A stretch of DNA of 64,000 bases from a candidate division Zixibacteria bacterium SM23_81 (GTDB lineage Bacteria; SM23-81), in the NCBI GenBank assembly GCA_001304015.1, contig LJUY01000009.1, positions 20,481 through 84,480 of the forward strand, read 5' to 3'. Every line of letters starts with the position of its first letter. The first letter of the stretch is position 1. The notes below the pieces were generated by a model, which was not told the DNA's origin, searched no databases, and saw only the letters and a list, made by a program, of their open reading frames with translations. The position numbers and the translations under genes were made by a program. This document shows, in pieces, positions 1 to 9,826 of the stretch.

Positions 1-1
1 C

Positions 2-1000
2 ATGAAGAAAATAACCACCACCGCCTTCATAATGGTCCTTGTCCTGATGCCCGGAGTCGCCTTCGCATGGCAGCCCTTCGTCAGCATGGGCGGCCAGCGA
101 GCGGGCACCTCTTCGGCCCAGTTCCTGAAGATCGGCGTGGGAGCCAGGGCTGCTGGCCTGGGCGAGGCCTTCGTAGCCATGGCTGACGATGCCTCGACCC
201 TCTACTGGAATCCCGCTGGGGTGGCCCTCCTCTCGGGAACTCAGGTGCACTTCACCCACGTCAGGTGGCCCGCGGACATTGAATATGAGTTCGTTGGCCT
301 CACCAGGAGCATCTCCGGGATTGGATCCATCGGGCTCAGCTTTGCCTCCCTGCACATGGATGATATGGAGGTAACCACTGAGTTTCAGCCCCATGGCACA
401 GGTGAATACTTCACCTATGGCGATTTTTTAGGGGCTCTGACCTATGCCCGTCGACTGACGGATCGGTTCACTTTCGGGATCAGCCTCAAGTACATCCAGG
501 AGGATCTGGCCGATTTGACCACCCATGGCTGGGTGGTGGACATGGGCACCTATTATCGCACCGGCTTCAAGAGCCTGCGCATCGCCGCCAACTTGGCCAA
601 TTTCGGAACCAACCTGCGGCCCGACGGAACCTTTCGGGGTTACGATGAACAGGGCGTGTGGGGTGAGCGCCGGTATGAGGCCTTTGCTCCGCCCACCGTC
701 TTCCGGCTGGGCACGGCCATGGAGCTTCTGGACCGGGACGATCATCGTTTGACTTGCTGCTTCGCCATGAACCACCCTGTGGACAACGCCGAGAACGCCT
801 CTGTGGGCCTGGAGTATCAGCTCTGGAAAGCCCTCTCCACTCGGATTGGCTACAAGTTCAACTATGACGAGGAACGGCTCACCCTGGGTGCTGGATGGCA
901 GCTGCCCTTGTGGTCCACTCAGACAAAGATAGATTACGCCTATACCGATTTCGGATTGTTGGACTCGGCCCACCGATTCTCATTCGATTTCTCTTTCTAA
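2..1000 (+). CDS. FadL/PorV-like outer-membrane beta-barrel protein (candidate T9SS PorV/PorQ family)
   Basis: Signal peptide MKKITTTAFIMVLVLMPGVAFA. N-terminal motif LKIGVGARAAGLGEAFVAMADDASTLYWNPAG resembles the FadL/PorV family signature (G-x-A-x-ADDA-x4-NPA). C-terminus has an alternating aromatic beta-strand pattern ending in F. T9SS cargo genes lie elsewhere in the window. Confidence 0.5.
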   Translation: MKKITTTAFIMVLVLMPGVAFAWQPFVSMGGQRAGTSSAQFLKIGVGARAAGLGEAFVAMADDASTLYWNPAGVALLSGTQVHFTHVRWPADIEYEFVGLTRSISGIGSIGLSFASLHMDDMEVTTEFQPHGTGEYFTYGDFLGALTYARRLTDRFTFGISLKYIQEDLADLTTHGWVVDMGTYYRTGFKSLRIAANLANFGTNLRPDGTFRGYDEQGVWGERRYEAFAPPTVFRLGTAMELLDRDDHRLTCCFAMNHPVDNAENASVGLEYQLWKALSTRIGYKFNYDEERLTLGAGWQLPLWSTQTKIDYAYTDFGLLDSAHRFSFDFSF

Positions 1001-1018
1001 TAGGAAGAGAGCACCACC

Positions 1019-1984
1019 ATGAAATATGGTCTACAAACATCTCTTCTCGCTGTGGTCATATTCGTCGCGACGGCCGGATGCGGCAAGAAGATGAAGCTCC
1101 CCACGGAGACCCCTCTGGACAAATGGGGGGCTGGTGACACCACTTATGTGCGCATCAATCCACCATGGAATGCCAACCACCCGTATGGCCAAGCATTCCA
1201 GAGCCCCAGAGACGTCATCGTAGGCCGAGACGGGAACATCTACGTGGCCGATAGCCTGTTCATCTGGCAATTGAATCGGGCTGGCCAAGTTCAACGTAAG
1301 TATCTGGTGCCCGGACTGGAGGACATCAAGGCCATTGGTCAGGATCTCACCGGCAAAATCTACGCGGTCCGCGGGGACTCCAATGTGTACAAACTGGATG
1401 GCACGTTCTTCGTCTCCCATCGAAAAGCTCGATACACGGGATTGGCCGTAGACGACGAGAACTGGATTTATCTGGCCGACTCGGGACGACAGATGCTGCT
1501 GAAATTCTTCACCGAAGATCCCTCAATGGCGGATACCCTGGCCACCTACGGTTCAGGAGGCGGCACCGTCGACCACCCCCGGGGCGTTACCATCGACGCC
1601 TTGTTAAACGTCTACTTCGCCCAGGAGGGGGGTAGCTTTCACGTTCAGAAGCTTCGGCCTTTCGGAGACGACTACCTGCCGGCCGTCTATTTCGGCCTGG
1701 AGGGTGACTCTCTGAAGGAGTTCATCACTCCCCAGGATGTGGCCGTGGACTTGGATGGCTATATCTACGTGGCCGATACGGGAAACCATCGCATCCAAAA
1801 ATTCACCTCTCATGCAGGTCTAAAAATCGCCTTCGGGGATAGCGGCTCCGCCGGAGATCAATTCATCTTCCCGGCGGGCATCGCCGTGGATGAGGATCTG
1901 ATCCTGTACATCGCCGATACCGGCAATAACCGAGTGGAGCGTTATCAGCTCTCCACCGAGGTGGATATCCCCGAAGAGCCCTGA
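1019..1984 (+). CDS. NHL-repeat lipoprotein
   Basis: Lipoprotein signal (LLAVVIFVATAGCGKK, Cys ~21). Repeated NHL-type motifs YVAD, YIADTGNNRV, YVADTGNHRIQKF. Confidence 0.6.
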   Translation: MKYGLQTSLLAVVIFVATAGCGKKMKLPTETPLDKWGAGDTTYVRINPPWNANHPYGQAFQSPRDVIVGRDGNIYVADSLFIWQLNRAGQVQRKYLVPGLEDIKAIGQDLTGKIYAVRGDSNVYKLDGTFFVSHRKARYTGLAVDDENWIYLADSGRQMLLKFFTEDPSMADTLATYGSGGGTVDHPRGVTIDALLNVYFAQEGGSFHVQKLRPFGDDYLPAVYFGLEGDSLKEFITPQDVAVDLDGYIYVADTGNHRIQKFTSHAGLKIAFGDSGSAGDQFIFPAGIAVDEDLILYIADTGNNRVERYQLSTEVDIPEEP

Positions 1985-2040
1985 TCATCCCTGATAAAAA
2001 TTTCATGGTCCCGATTCTCACTTAAAGGAGTGCTTTAAGT

Positions 2041-3291
2041 ATGGCGGCTATTCTCTGCCTCTTCGAAGATCCCGGCTATCGGAAACTTCTCCCTCTGGCA
2101 TACACCCGGCCAGTCTACGATCTGCAGTGCGGAACCTGCACCCTGGGCGAAAAGATCACTCGCCAATACACGCAGACCACCATCGTGGCACACTGTCGAC
2201 CGGAGTTGGCCGCGGTTGTGAAAAAGGTCTATCCAAAACTTCCTGTCAACGAGCTGCCCCGCGAGGCCTGCTTGTTGATCAACGGCCGCCTTCTGGCAGA
2301 TGAAACCCTCAACGTGAAGATCCCGCAGGAGGGGGAAGACTGCCTGTTTACATCTGGCGACACCCTCGTGGCGGCCCGAGTCAGCGGTAAAAATCTCGAA
2401 GGGCTGCGCTCCAAAATGGACTCAGGTCCTATTACCCCCGACCTGTTGCCCGTTGACCGAACCCAGGAGGTTGAGGTTCAGCTGATTGAATACCCATGGG
2501 ATCTAGTACACCAAAATGGTCCACAAATCGAGGCTGACTGGGAGCTTTCTGGCTATCATGGGCAGATCGAGGGTCACATATATGATGGCGCAATCCTGAT
2601 GAACCGCGACGAGATCTTCATAGGTCAGGGAGCTAAGGTCAAGCCGGGAGCAATACTGGATGCTGAAAAAGGCCCTGTCATCATCGAGCCCGGGGCGACC
2701 ATTTTTCCCAACGCCGCCATCGAGGGGCCAGCTTTCATCGGCGAAAAAAGCCTCATCAAGATCGGGGCCAAGATCTACGAAGGCACCAGCATCGGAGAGG
2801 TGTGCAAGGTGGGCGGCGAGCTGGAGGAGACCATCGTCCACAGCTACAGCAATAAGCAGCACGACGGCTTTCTAGGTCACTCCTATCTGGGGATGTGGGT
2901 CAACCTGGGCGCTGACACGAACAACAGCGATCTGAAGAATAATTATGGCAACGTGAAGGTATATGTGGACGGGGAGATGGTGGACTCGGGCTCCATGTTT
3001 GTGGGATTGACTATGGGAGACCACTCCAAATCGGGCATCAACACCATGTTCAACACGGGCACCGTGGTCGGTGTGAGCTGCAATGTCTACGGCGGCGGGT
3101 TCCCTCCCAAGTTCATCCCCTCTTTCACCTGGGGAGGAGCCGAGGGATTGGTGGAATACCGGTTGGACAAGGCCTTGGAGACGGCTCGGGCGGTGATGAA
3201 CCGCAGAAAGATCGACCTAACAGCCGCAGATGAGAAGCTGATCAGGGGGATCTTTGAGGCTACGGCGAAGGAGAGGGCTAATTTGAAATAA
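2041..3291 (+). CDS. GlmU-like putative sugar nucleotidyltransferase/acyltransferase (degenerate NTP-transferase N-domain plus left-handed beta-helix)
   Basis: N-terminus MAAILCLFEDPGYRKLLPL resembles the alternative-GlmU family but lacks the GGxGTRL loop. C-terminal half has hexapeptide repeats (IIEPGATIFPNAAIEGPAFIGEKSLIKIGAKIYEG...). Confidence 0.45.
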   Translation: MAAILCLFEDPGYRKLLPLAYTRPVYDLQCGTCTLGEKITRQYTQTTIVAHCRPELAAVVKKVYPKLPVNELPREACLLINGRLLADETLNVKIPQEGEDCLFTSGDTLVAARVSGKNLEGLRSKMDSGPITPDLLPVDRTQEVEVQLIEYPWDLVHQNGPQIEADWELSGYHGQIEGHIYDGAILMNRDEIFIGQGAKVKPGAILDAEKGPVIIEPGATIFPNAAIEGPAFIGEKSLIKIGAKIYEGTSIGEVCKVGGELEETIVHSYSNKQHDGFLGHSYLGMWVNLGADTNNSDLKNNYGNVKVYVDGEMVDSGSMFVGLTMGDHSKSGINTMFNTGTVVGVSCNVYGGGFPPKFIPSFTWGGAEGLVEYRLDKALETARAVMNRRKIDLTAADEKLIRGIFEATAKERANLK

Positions 3292-3332
3292 TCCCCAAAA
3301 GAGCAAGTGCTAAAAAAAGATCGAAAGTCCAA

Positions 3333-3362
3333 AAAGCCTGGTCTCACCATCCGGGCTTTTTC
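3333..3362 (+). terminator. Candidate rho-independent terminator after the GlmU-like gene
   Basis: Hairpin agcctggtctcaccatccgggct followed by ttttcc. Confidence 0.4.
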
Positions 3363-3539
3363 CATGTTCGGTCAAATCGTTCCCCCTTTCTAGAGGCCCA
3401 CGACCTTCTCCTGGAAAATCCCCAGGGAAAAGGGAAAATAATCCCTTGACATCTAGGTCAGTAGTTACTACCATAAAAGACTTCGAGGAAGGGAAGATTT
3501 AGGGGCTAGTGTCAGACTTAAACCAGCATCGGAAAAGAA

Positions 3540-4202
3540 ATGTCAGGTCTCGCCCAAATCTCGCAGCGCCTCATCGGAGGGGATATCCAAGGGGTTCTGG
3601 ACCTTGCGGCAGAAGCCCTGAGCGCCGGCGTTCCGGCCCAGGACATCCTCAACCAAGGACTGTTGCCGGGAATGAAGGTGGTGGGTGAGAAATTTAAAAA
3701 GAACCTCATCTACATACCGGAAGTGGTCCTGTCGGCCAAGGCCATGCAGGCCGCAATGGAGCTTCTTCGCCCTCACTTGGAGGCCGGGCAGATAAAACCA
3801 ATGGCCACCGTGGTTATCGGCACGGTCCAGGGAGATCTTCACGATATCGGTAAAAATCTGGTGGCCATGATGTTCAAGGGGTCCGGCTTTGAGGTGGTTG
3901 ATCTGGGCATCGACGTGAGCCCCGAGCAGTTTGTTCAGGAAGCGGCCCGGAGAAAGGCCCATATATTAGCCCTCTCGGCCCTGCTGACCACCTCCATGCC
4001 CAACATGAAAAAGACCCTGGATCTCCTCTCGGAGAGGGGCCTTCGAGGGGGATTGATCACCATGGTAGGAGGCGCTCCCCTGACCCAGGCGTACGCCGAC
4101 CAGATTGGAGCCGATGGATATGCCCAAAACGCCAGCCTGGCTGTGGAGAGGGTCAAAGAGCTGTTGAAATCGAGAACTCCTCAATCCTCTCAGGAGTCGT
4201 AG
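3540..4202 (+). CDS. Corrinoid (cobalamin-binding) protein of a methyltransferase system
   Basis: B12-binding signature D-x-H-x-x-G (GDLHDIGKN) and Rossmann-like B12 domain. N-terminal helical cap typical of MtbC/MtmC-like corrinoid proteins. Size 220 aa. Confidence 0.8.
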   Translation: MSGLAQISQRLIGGDIQGVLDLAAEALSAGVPAQDILNQGLLPGMKVVGEKFKKNLIYIPEVVLSAKAMQAAMELLRPHLEAGQIKPMATVVIGTVQGDLHDIGKNLVAMMFKGSGFEVVDLGIDVSPEQFVQEAARRKAHILALSALLTTSMPNMKKTLDLLSERGLRGGLITMVGGAPLTQAYADQIGADGYAQNASLAVERVKELLKSRTPQSSQES

Positions 4203-4206
4203 CCAC

Positions 4207-5004
4207 ATGATCATCGTGGGAGAACTGATCAACGGCACTCGTCAGGCCATCGCCAAAGCCGTGGCCCAGCGGGATGCCAAGACCATCTTGAACGTGGCCC
4301 AAAAGCAGGTGGAAGCCGGCGCTCATTTGCTGGACATCAACGCTGGAACCGATCCGGATCGAGAAGTTGAAGATCTCCTCTGGCTCCTGGAAGTGGTCTT
4401 GGAAAATTTGGACGTCCCCCTGTGCATTGACAGCCCCAATTTTCAAGCCATGGAGATTGGCCTCAAAAAAGCCCAACAGCGAGCCGCGATGATCAACTCC
4501 ATCACCGGGGAGACTCAACGACTGGAGGCGTTCCTTCCCCTCATCAAGACGTGCCAAAGCCAGATCATCATCCTATGCATGGACGACTCTGGAATCCCGG
4601 AGACGCCAGGGGGACGTCTGGAAATAGCCGCTAATCTAGTAGAGAAGCTGACCGCCCACGGCGTTCAGGCCAGTCGGCTCTTTTTTGATCCCATCATTCG
4701 CCCGGTCAGCACTGATTTCCAGGCTGGACAGATTCCCCGGGACACGCTGAGATTGATCAAGAAAGAACTGCCCGGGGTCAACACCATCTGCGGCTTAAGC
4801 AACATCTCCTTTGGTCTCCCTCAGCGGCAGCTGCTCAACCGCAATTATCTCACAATTCTATTGGCCGAGGGTCTCGATGCAGCCATCCTCGATCCCACCG
4901 ACGGTGCTCTGATGGCCAATTTAGCTACCACTCAAGCTTTGTTGGGCAAAGATAAACACTGCCTGAACTACATCTCCGCCTATCGAGAGGGCAAGCTGGC
5001 GTAA
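4207..5004 (+). CDS. Pterin-binding methyltransferase (methyl-H4folate:corrinoid methyltransferase, MetH-pterin/AcsE/MtrH-like)
   Basis: AQKQVEAGAHLLDINAG matches the MetH pterin-binding/DHPS-like TIM barrel motif. Lies 5 nt downstream of the corrinoid protein, suggesting an operon. Confidence 0.75.
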   Translation: MIIVGELINGTRQAIAKAVAQRDAKTILNVAQKQVEAGAHLLDINAGTDPDREVEDLLWLLEVVLENLDVPLCIDSPNFQAMEIGLKKAQQRAAMINSITGETQRLEAFLPLIKTCQSQIIILCMDDSGIPETPGGRLEIAANLVEKLTAHGVQASRLFFDPIIRPVSTDFQAGQIPRDTLRLIKKELPGVNTICGLSNISFGLPQRQLLNRNYLTILLAEGLDAAILDPTDGALMANLATTQALLGKDKHCLNYISAYREGKLA

Positions 5005-5065
5005 AACCATTGGGAGTCCCAGGGCCAAGGCTTGAACTCCATTCGCCAAAAAGGGAGAAATTGCG

Positions 5066-5752
5066 GTGAAGCACCGGGACGTGAGGACCGAGTTAATTGA
5101 GGTCTGTCGTTGGTTGGCTCAACGGGCCTTTGTCGCCGCCGACGACGGGTCCGTCAGCGCGAAAGCAGCACCCGATCAGATTCTGATCACGCCCCGAGGA
5201 AAAAGTCTGGGACGAATCACCCCAGATCAACTGATTCAGTGCCATCTGGAAGAAGAGAGGCTCGGCGGAGAGGTTGAGCCCTCACCAGCCCTTCGCCTCC
5301 ACTTGGCCGCCTACCTTCAAAGGACGGAGATCACCGCGGTTATCCAGGCGCAGCCCCCTGCAGCCACTGCATTCGCCGTCGCCGGTATACCCCTAGTGCA
5401 GCCGATCCTTCCCGAAACGGTCCTGACCTTGGGCTCGGTGCCCATGGTGTCATACGCCACTCCCTTCACCGCGGAGGCTGCCCAGGCCATCGGGCAATCA
5501 ATTCTGGGACACGACGCACTGCTTCTGAAAAATCGCGGTATTGTGACAGTGGGGCTTGACCTCATGGACGCCCTGCAGAAACTGGAACGGGTGGAACAAC
5601 TGGCCTCTGTCCTGCTTGCGGCGAAATCTCTTGATCACATCGACATACTCTCCGGAAACCAGGTGAACAAGCTCTTGGCTCTTCGAGAAAATCTTAAACT
5701 CAGGGGGAAAAATCCCTGGGTGATGCCTCACCAGGAGAAAAAGAATGGCTGA
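5066..5752 (+). CDS. Class II aldolase/adducin family protein (MtnB/FucA-like)
   Basis: GTG start with RBS aagggag. Fold-family motifs (SVSAKAAPDQILITPRGK...), ~228 aa. Confidence 0.65.
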   Translation: MKHRDVRTELIEVCRWLAQRAFVAADDGSVSAKAAPDQILITPRGKSLGRITPDQLIQCHLEEERLGGEVEPSPALRLHLAAYLQRTEITAVIQAQPPAATAFAVAGIPLVQPILPETVLTLGSVPMVSYATPFTAEAAQAIGQSILGHDALLLKNRGIVTVGLDLMDALQKLERVEQLASVLLAAKSLDHIDILSGNQVNKLLALRENLKLRGKNPWVMPHQEKKNG

Positions 5753-6560
5753 GGGACACATTCCCCTGCTCACCGTTCGGGCTAGGACCCTTCCCCTGGC
5801 CTGGGAAAAAGCGGTGCTTCTCTGTTGGGCCAAGGGCGCATCCGTGTGTACCGAATACGACCGTGTCGGAGATCCGCCCAGCCGCGACTGCACCATGGCG
5901 ATCACCGTCACCGCTCCCCTGGCCGAGCCCAGAATCCATCGAGCCTTCCCGGGAAGCCTGGAAGACCTTGAGATCTATCGGCAAGAAGTGGTCAATGGCA
6001 TCCACGATCATTGGATCTCTCCCCAGGAGGGAAAATGGACCTACACCTACCACCAGCGCTTGTTCGAATATGATGCCGGCAAGCAGGCCGTTGATCAGAT
6101 TGCCTTCATGGTGGAGAAACTCTCCCGGATCCCCTTTTCTCGCCGAGCCCAGGCCATCACCTGGAATCCCCAAATTGATCCCCCCACCAACGATCCCCCC
6201 TGTCTGCAGCGAATATGGTGTCGGCTGATCCCCGGTCGCTCTGGCTTAGTTTTGAACATGAACGCCCACTGGCGATCGCGGGATGCCTATAAAGCGGCTT
6301 TTATGAACATGTTCGCCCTGACGGATCTCCAGCGTTACATCGCTGAGAACCTGGCGGCTCGCCTGGGCCAAAAAATCCGCATCGGCCGATATGTGGATAT
6401 CAGCGACAGCTTTCACATCTACGGGTCATATGCCCAGGAGTTCCAGCAATTTCTACACACCACTCAGGAAAGAACCTTCTCAGACCGGGTGTGGAACTCG
6501 TCTTTCGCAGAGCCCTTTTTCCAGGATGCTCGCAAGAGAGTTGATGGGGAGATGACCTGA
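5745..6560 (+). CDS. Divergent thymidylate synthase (ThyA) family protein
   Basis: Aligns to ThyA active-site blocks: SRRAQAITWNP (SRRIIVSAWN), PPC (PCH catalytic Cys), HWRSRD (YQRSCD), DSFHIY (GDTHLY), DRVGDP (DRTGTG). Start overlaps the aldolase stop by 8 nt. Confidence 0.6.
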   Translation: MAEGHIPLLTVRARTLPLAWEKAVLLCWAKGASVCTEYDRVGDPPSRDCTMAITVTAPLAEPRIHRAFPGSLEDLEIYRQEVVNGIHDHWISPQEGKWTYTYHQRLFEYDAGKQAVDQIAFMVEKLSRIPFSRRAQAITWNPQIDPPTNDPPCLQRIWCRLIPGRSGLVLNMNAHWRSRDAYKAAFMNMFALTDLQRYIAENLAARLGQKIRIGRYVDISDSFHIYGSYAQEFQQFLHTTQERTFSDRVWNSSFAEPFFQDARKRVDGEMT

Positions 6561-6574
6561 AGCCGGAAATCTCC

Positions 6575-7939
6575 GTGGTCGACCAAAAACTACATAAGCA
6601 ATTCCACCAAATCCTCGGGCCCAAGGGGATCCTGGTCGCCCCCCAAGATCTCTCTCATTTCTCCCAAGATGCCTCCCGTATCCACTCTCCGCCCTCGGTG
6701 GTCCTACAGCCTCAAACCACCTCTCAAGTCGCTAAAATCATAGAGCTGGCCCATGAACACCGCCTACCCATATCCATCCGGGGAGGAGGCACGGGGCTGG
6801 ACGGCGACGCGGTGGCCCCACGGGATGGCCTCCTAGTCAGCTTGAAGAAGATGAACCGGATCAAGGAGATCTCTCCTGAAAATACGGTGGCCGTGGTTCA
6901 GCCCGGCGTGATGACAGCACGGATAAACGATCAATTGAGGTCCTCTGATCTCTTCTATCCTATAGATCCCGCCAGCCAAGGTCAGGGCACCATCGGCGGC
7001 GATGTGGCCACGGGAGCCCACGGGCTCCGCACAGCGAAGTACGGCAGCATCTACAATTACCTGTTGGGCCTGGAGGTGGTGACGCCACCCGGAGAGGTCA
7101 TTCGCTGCGGAGCCAAAACTCTCAAATGTGCCACGGGGTATCATCTCACCGATCTGTTTGCCGGCTCTCGAGGTCAGTTCGGCGTCATCACTGAGATTGT
7201 CCTGAAGCTTTTGCCCAGGCCCCAGGCCCGGGCCTCCCTGATGGCCACTTTCCATGAAGCAGCTCAGGCTCATCGGGTCAGGGAAGTCCTCATGCGAGAG
7301 AATATATGGCCCTCGCGACTGGAGTTACTGGATAGTTCCGCCGTAGAGAGAGGATTGTCGGACCTCAAACTAGATCTCTGGCCCAATCAGGTTCTCCTGC
7401 TGGCGGAGCTGGACGGATCAAAGTCTTTATTGAAAGACGATGTGGAGATGGCTGTGAAGATCCTGGCCCAGGAAGGTGGAGGGCGAATCCAACCAGCAGA
7501 AGATGAGCGCCAGGCTGAGCTGTGGTGGCGGTTGCGGGGTTCATTGCTCTCCGCTCTGGTGGGAGAAACCGATATGGCCCTCCTGCTCACCTTCATCTTG
7601 CCAGGAAGTAAAACGGCTCTGTTTTTTGAGAAACTGTCCTCTATCTGCGGGACGGATCCAATAACTCATTACATCTATGGCCACCTTGCGGAGGGACGTT
7701 GGCATGCGGTGCTACTGGCCAAGGGCGGCGAGAGTGCCAGGACACGGGATCTTACCCGATTGGCCAGGAATATCCATAAAACAGCCGGCTCTCTGGGCGG
7801 CAGAATCCTTCGGCCGCATGCCATCGGCTTTGATCCTGGAAAATCTCTGCAGCCATCAAGAGATGGCGGACAGGAAAGGCTATGGTCAGCCCTGAAGAGC
7901 CGCTTCGATCCGCGAGGAATCTTAAATCCCCATGAGTGA
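6575..7939 (+). CDS. FAD-linked oxidase (GlcD/D-lactate dehydrogenase-like)
   Basis: FAD-binding PCMH-type domain (SIRGGGTGLDGDAV) plus C-terminal FAD-oxidase domain. GTG start. Confidence 0.75.
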   Translation: MVDQKLHKQFHQILGPKGILVAPQDLSHFSQDASRIHSPPSVVLQPQTTSQVAKIIELAHEHRLPISIRGGGTGLDGDAVAPRDGLLVSLKKMNRIKEISPENTVAVVQPGVMTARINDQLRSSDLFYPIDPASQGQGTIGGDVATGAHGLRTAKYGSIYNYLLGLEVVTPPGEVIRCGAKTLKCATGYHLTDLFAGSRGQFGVITEIVLKLLPRPQARASLMATFHEAAQAHRVREVLMRENIWPSRLELLDSSAVERGLSDLKLDLWPNQVLLLAELDGSKSLLKDDVEMAVKILAQEGGGRIQPAEDERQAELWWRLRGSLLSALVGETDMALLLTFILPGSKTALFFEKLSSICGTDPITHYIYGHLAEGRWHAVLLAKGGESARTRDLTRLARNIHKTAGSLGGRILRPHAIGFDPGKSLQPSRDGGQERLWSALKSRFDPRGILNPHE

Positions 7940-8014
7940 AAAGATCGACCCTTTTAGCTCATGTTTTAAGAAATCTGAGGAATATTCTCGGCCCTTGAGT
8001 GTATAGGAATATGA

Positions 8015-8611
8015 ATGACTACGTTAAGTGTGCCTTCCGAAGACTCCAAAACTGCCCAAGTCACCGATGCGGATCTGATCCGAGGGGTTAAGGAAGGTCG
8101 AAGAGAGTGCTTTGACCAGCTGGTTCTGCGCCATCAGCGGAGAGTATATGCCATCACGCGCCAGATGACCTCCCATCACCAGGACGCAGACGACCTGGCC
8201 CAAGAGGCCTTCCTGGCAGCCTATCGAGCCATGGAGCGATTTGATGAACGGCAGAGCTTTTCGGCCTATCTTTGCCGTATCGCCATCAATTTGTCCATCA
8301 ATCACCTTCGCAGGAGAAAGAGATGGCTGAAAATCTGGACAAAGAGCAGAGAGGAGGCTGGAGATCGCACCATGGGTGGCAAAGCTGTAAGCCCGCAGAA
8401 ACAATTGGAACAGAAAGAGCTACTGAGCAGACTGGAAAAGGCCATGGATGCTCTTCCCGCGCACCAAAAGGCCGTTTTGGTCCTCAAGGTGCATCAGGAG
8501 ATGAGCTACCAGGACATCGCCCAAACCTTGAAGATATCCCTGGGTACGGTGATGTCACGCCTCCATCGAGCCCGTCGTCATCTGAGGTCACAGCTCGAAG
8601 ACCTTCTGTAA
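8015..8611 (+). CDS. RNA polymerase ECF-type sigma-70 factor
   Basis: Sigma-70 region 2 (RVYAITRQMTSHHQDADDLAQEAFLAAYRA) and region 4 HTH (MSYQDIAQTLKISLGTVMSRLHRAR). Confidence 0.85.
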   Translation: MTTLSVPSEDSKTAQVTDADLIRGVKEGRRECFDQLVLRHQRRVYAITRQMTSHHQDADDLAQEAFLAAYRAMERFDERQSFSAYLCRIAINLSINHLRRRKRWLKIWTKSREEAGDRTMGGKAVSPQKQLEQKELLSRLEKAMDALPAHQKAVLVLKVHQEMSYQDIAQTLKISLGTVMSRLHRARRHLRSQLEDLL

Positions 8612-8630
8612 GCCCAAGAGGTGAGCTATT

Positions 8631-9740
8631 ATGCGTTGCCACAAGATCAAAAAGCTATTGGATCCCTTTCTGGACGGAGAACTTTCCGAGGAAAAGCGAC
8701 AAGAGGTGATCGACCATCTGGAGGGCTGCTCCAGCTGTCGTCAGCGGTTGGAGGCACTTCAGGAGGTGGAGACCCTCAGCCAGCAGCTGACCCAGGCTGA
8801 GCCCGACGAGGCCTACTGGCAGACTTTTCTGCCCCGTCTGCGAGAAAAGATAACCCGAAGCGAGCAAGCGCCAGCGCACAGGAGAATTCGGGAAGCCTTC
8901 GGCGATATTTTGACGCCACCCATTCCCTGGGTGAGAATTGCCAGCGCCGTGGCCACAGCCGTGTTGGTCTTCATCATAGGCCGTGCTGTTTTTCAACATG
9001 AAGCACGCATGAGGCGAATCAGTGCGTTGCCCAAAAAACTGCTCACCGAGCAGGTTCAAACCGCCGAGGAGAACAGAAAGTACCAGGAAGATGGGGCCAA
9101 ACAGCAAGGCAAAAGTGCTCTCAGCACCACCCTCAAGCCTCGTGAAGAGATGGATCAGGAAGAGTCCGAGATGGGAATGGCTCCTGCTCCGGAGGAGAGC
9201 CCAGAAGAAAAGAGAAGTCCGGAACAGTTACCCTCTGAATCCAGGTCAACGCCAGATCAGGAACTGCCCTCGGTATCCGAAGCTGTACCACGAACACAGC
9301 CGACACCAGGGGGTGAGGTTGCGCCCTCAACTCGCCAGGAGCCAACGGAGAGCGCGGACCAGGTAGTACAATTCGAAATACAAGACATGGAGGGAAAGAA
9401 GCGTGATTTTCTCTTTCTGGGCAGAGCTGCTGAGAAAACGTCGGCTGTCACGAGCATGGCCATGGCGGATAAGGATTCCCACGCAGACCATTGGCACCAG
9501 CAGATACAAATTTGGCAAGATTTCATTGAGGCCCATCCCCGCGACGAGCAGCTTGCAGGCGCCTACTTACAACTGGCGGATGGCTGGTATCATTTAGCCC
9601 AACTTTCAACTCTGCATGAGGATCTCCTTCAAGCTGTGGAGGCTCATCGTGCCGCCCTGGACTTCGCCACCGAAACAACCACCAGAAGGCTTTTGCGGAG
9701 CCGTATCCAAGTTCTGGAGAAGATGCTGGAAAAAAAATAG
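8631..9740 (+). CDS. ZAS-type (zinc-binding) anti-sigma factor with TM helix and long acidic/Pro-rich linker
   Basis: H-x3-C-x2-C motif (DHLEGCSSCRQ) immediately after the sigma factor. TM segment WVRIASAVATAVLVFIIGRAVF. ~150-aa low-complexity acidic region. Confidence 0.7.
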   Translation: MRCHKIKKLLDPFLDGELSEEKRQEVIDHLEGCSSCRQRLEALQEVETLSQQLTQAEPDEAYWQTFLPRLREKITRSEQAPAHRRIREAFGDILTPPIPWVRIASAVATAVLVFIIGRAVFQHEARMRRISALPKKLLTEQVQTAEENRKYQEDGAKQQGKSALSTTLKPREEMDQEESEMGMAPAPEESPEEKRSPEQLPSESRSTPDQELPSVSEAVPRTQPTPGGEVAPSTRQEPTESADQVVQFEIQDMEGKKRDFLFLGRAAEKTSAVTSMAMADKDSHADHWHQQIQIWQDFIEAHPRDEQLAGAYLQLADGWYHLAQLSTLHEDLLQAVEAHRAALDFATETTTRRLLRSRIQVLEKMLEKK

Positions 9741-9826
9741 GGAATATTTTCTCTCTTGAGGTGTTTATTCGGGTAGAGACCCGGGGCGAAGACAAGCACC
9801 AGGAGAAACCTCAAGCAATTGAGATA

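Noticed and set aside
428-973. Multiple long antisense ORFs inside large GC-rich genes (e.g. 428-973-, 3543-3962-, 36528-37253+, 39933-40673-, 47462-48133+)
   Set aside because: Typical GC-rich antisense open frames. Each overlaps a gene with clear family motifs on the other strand.
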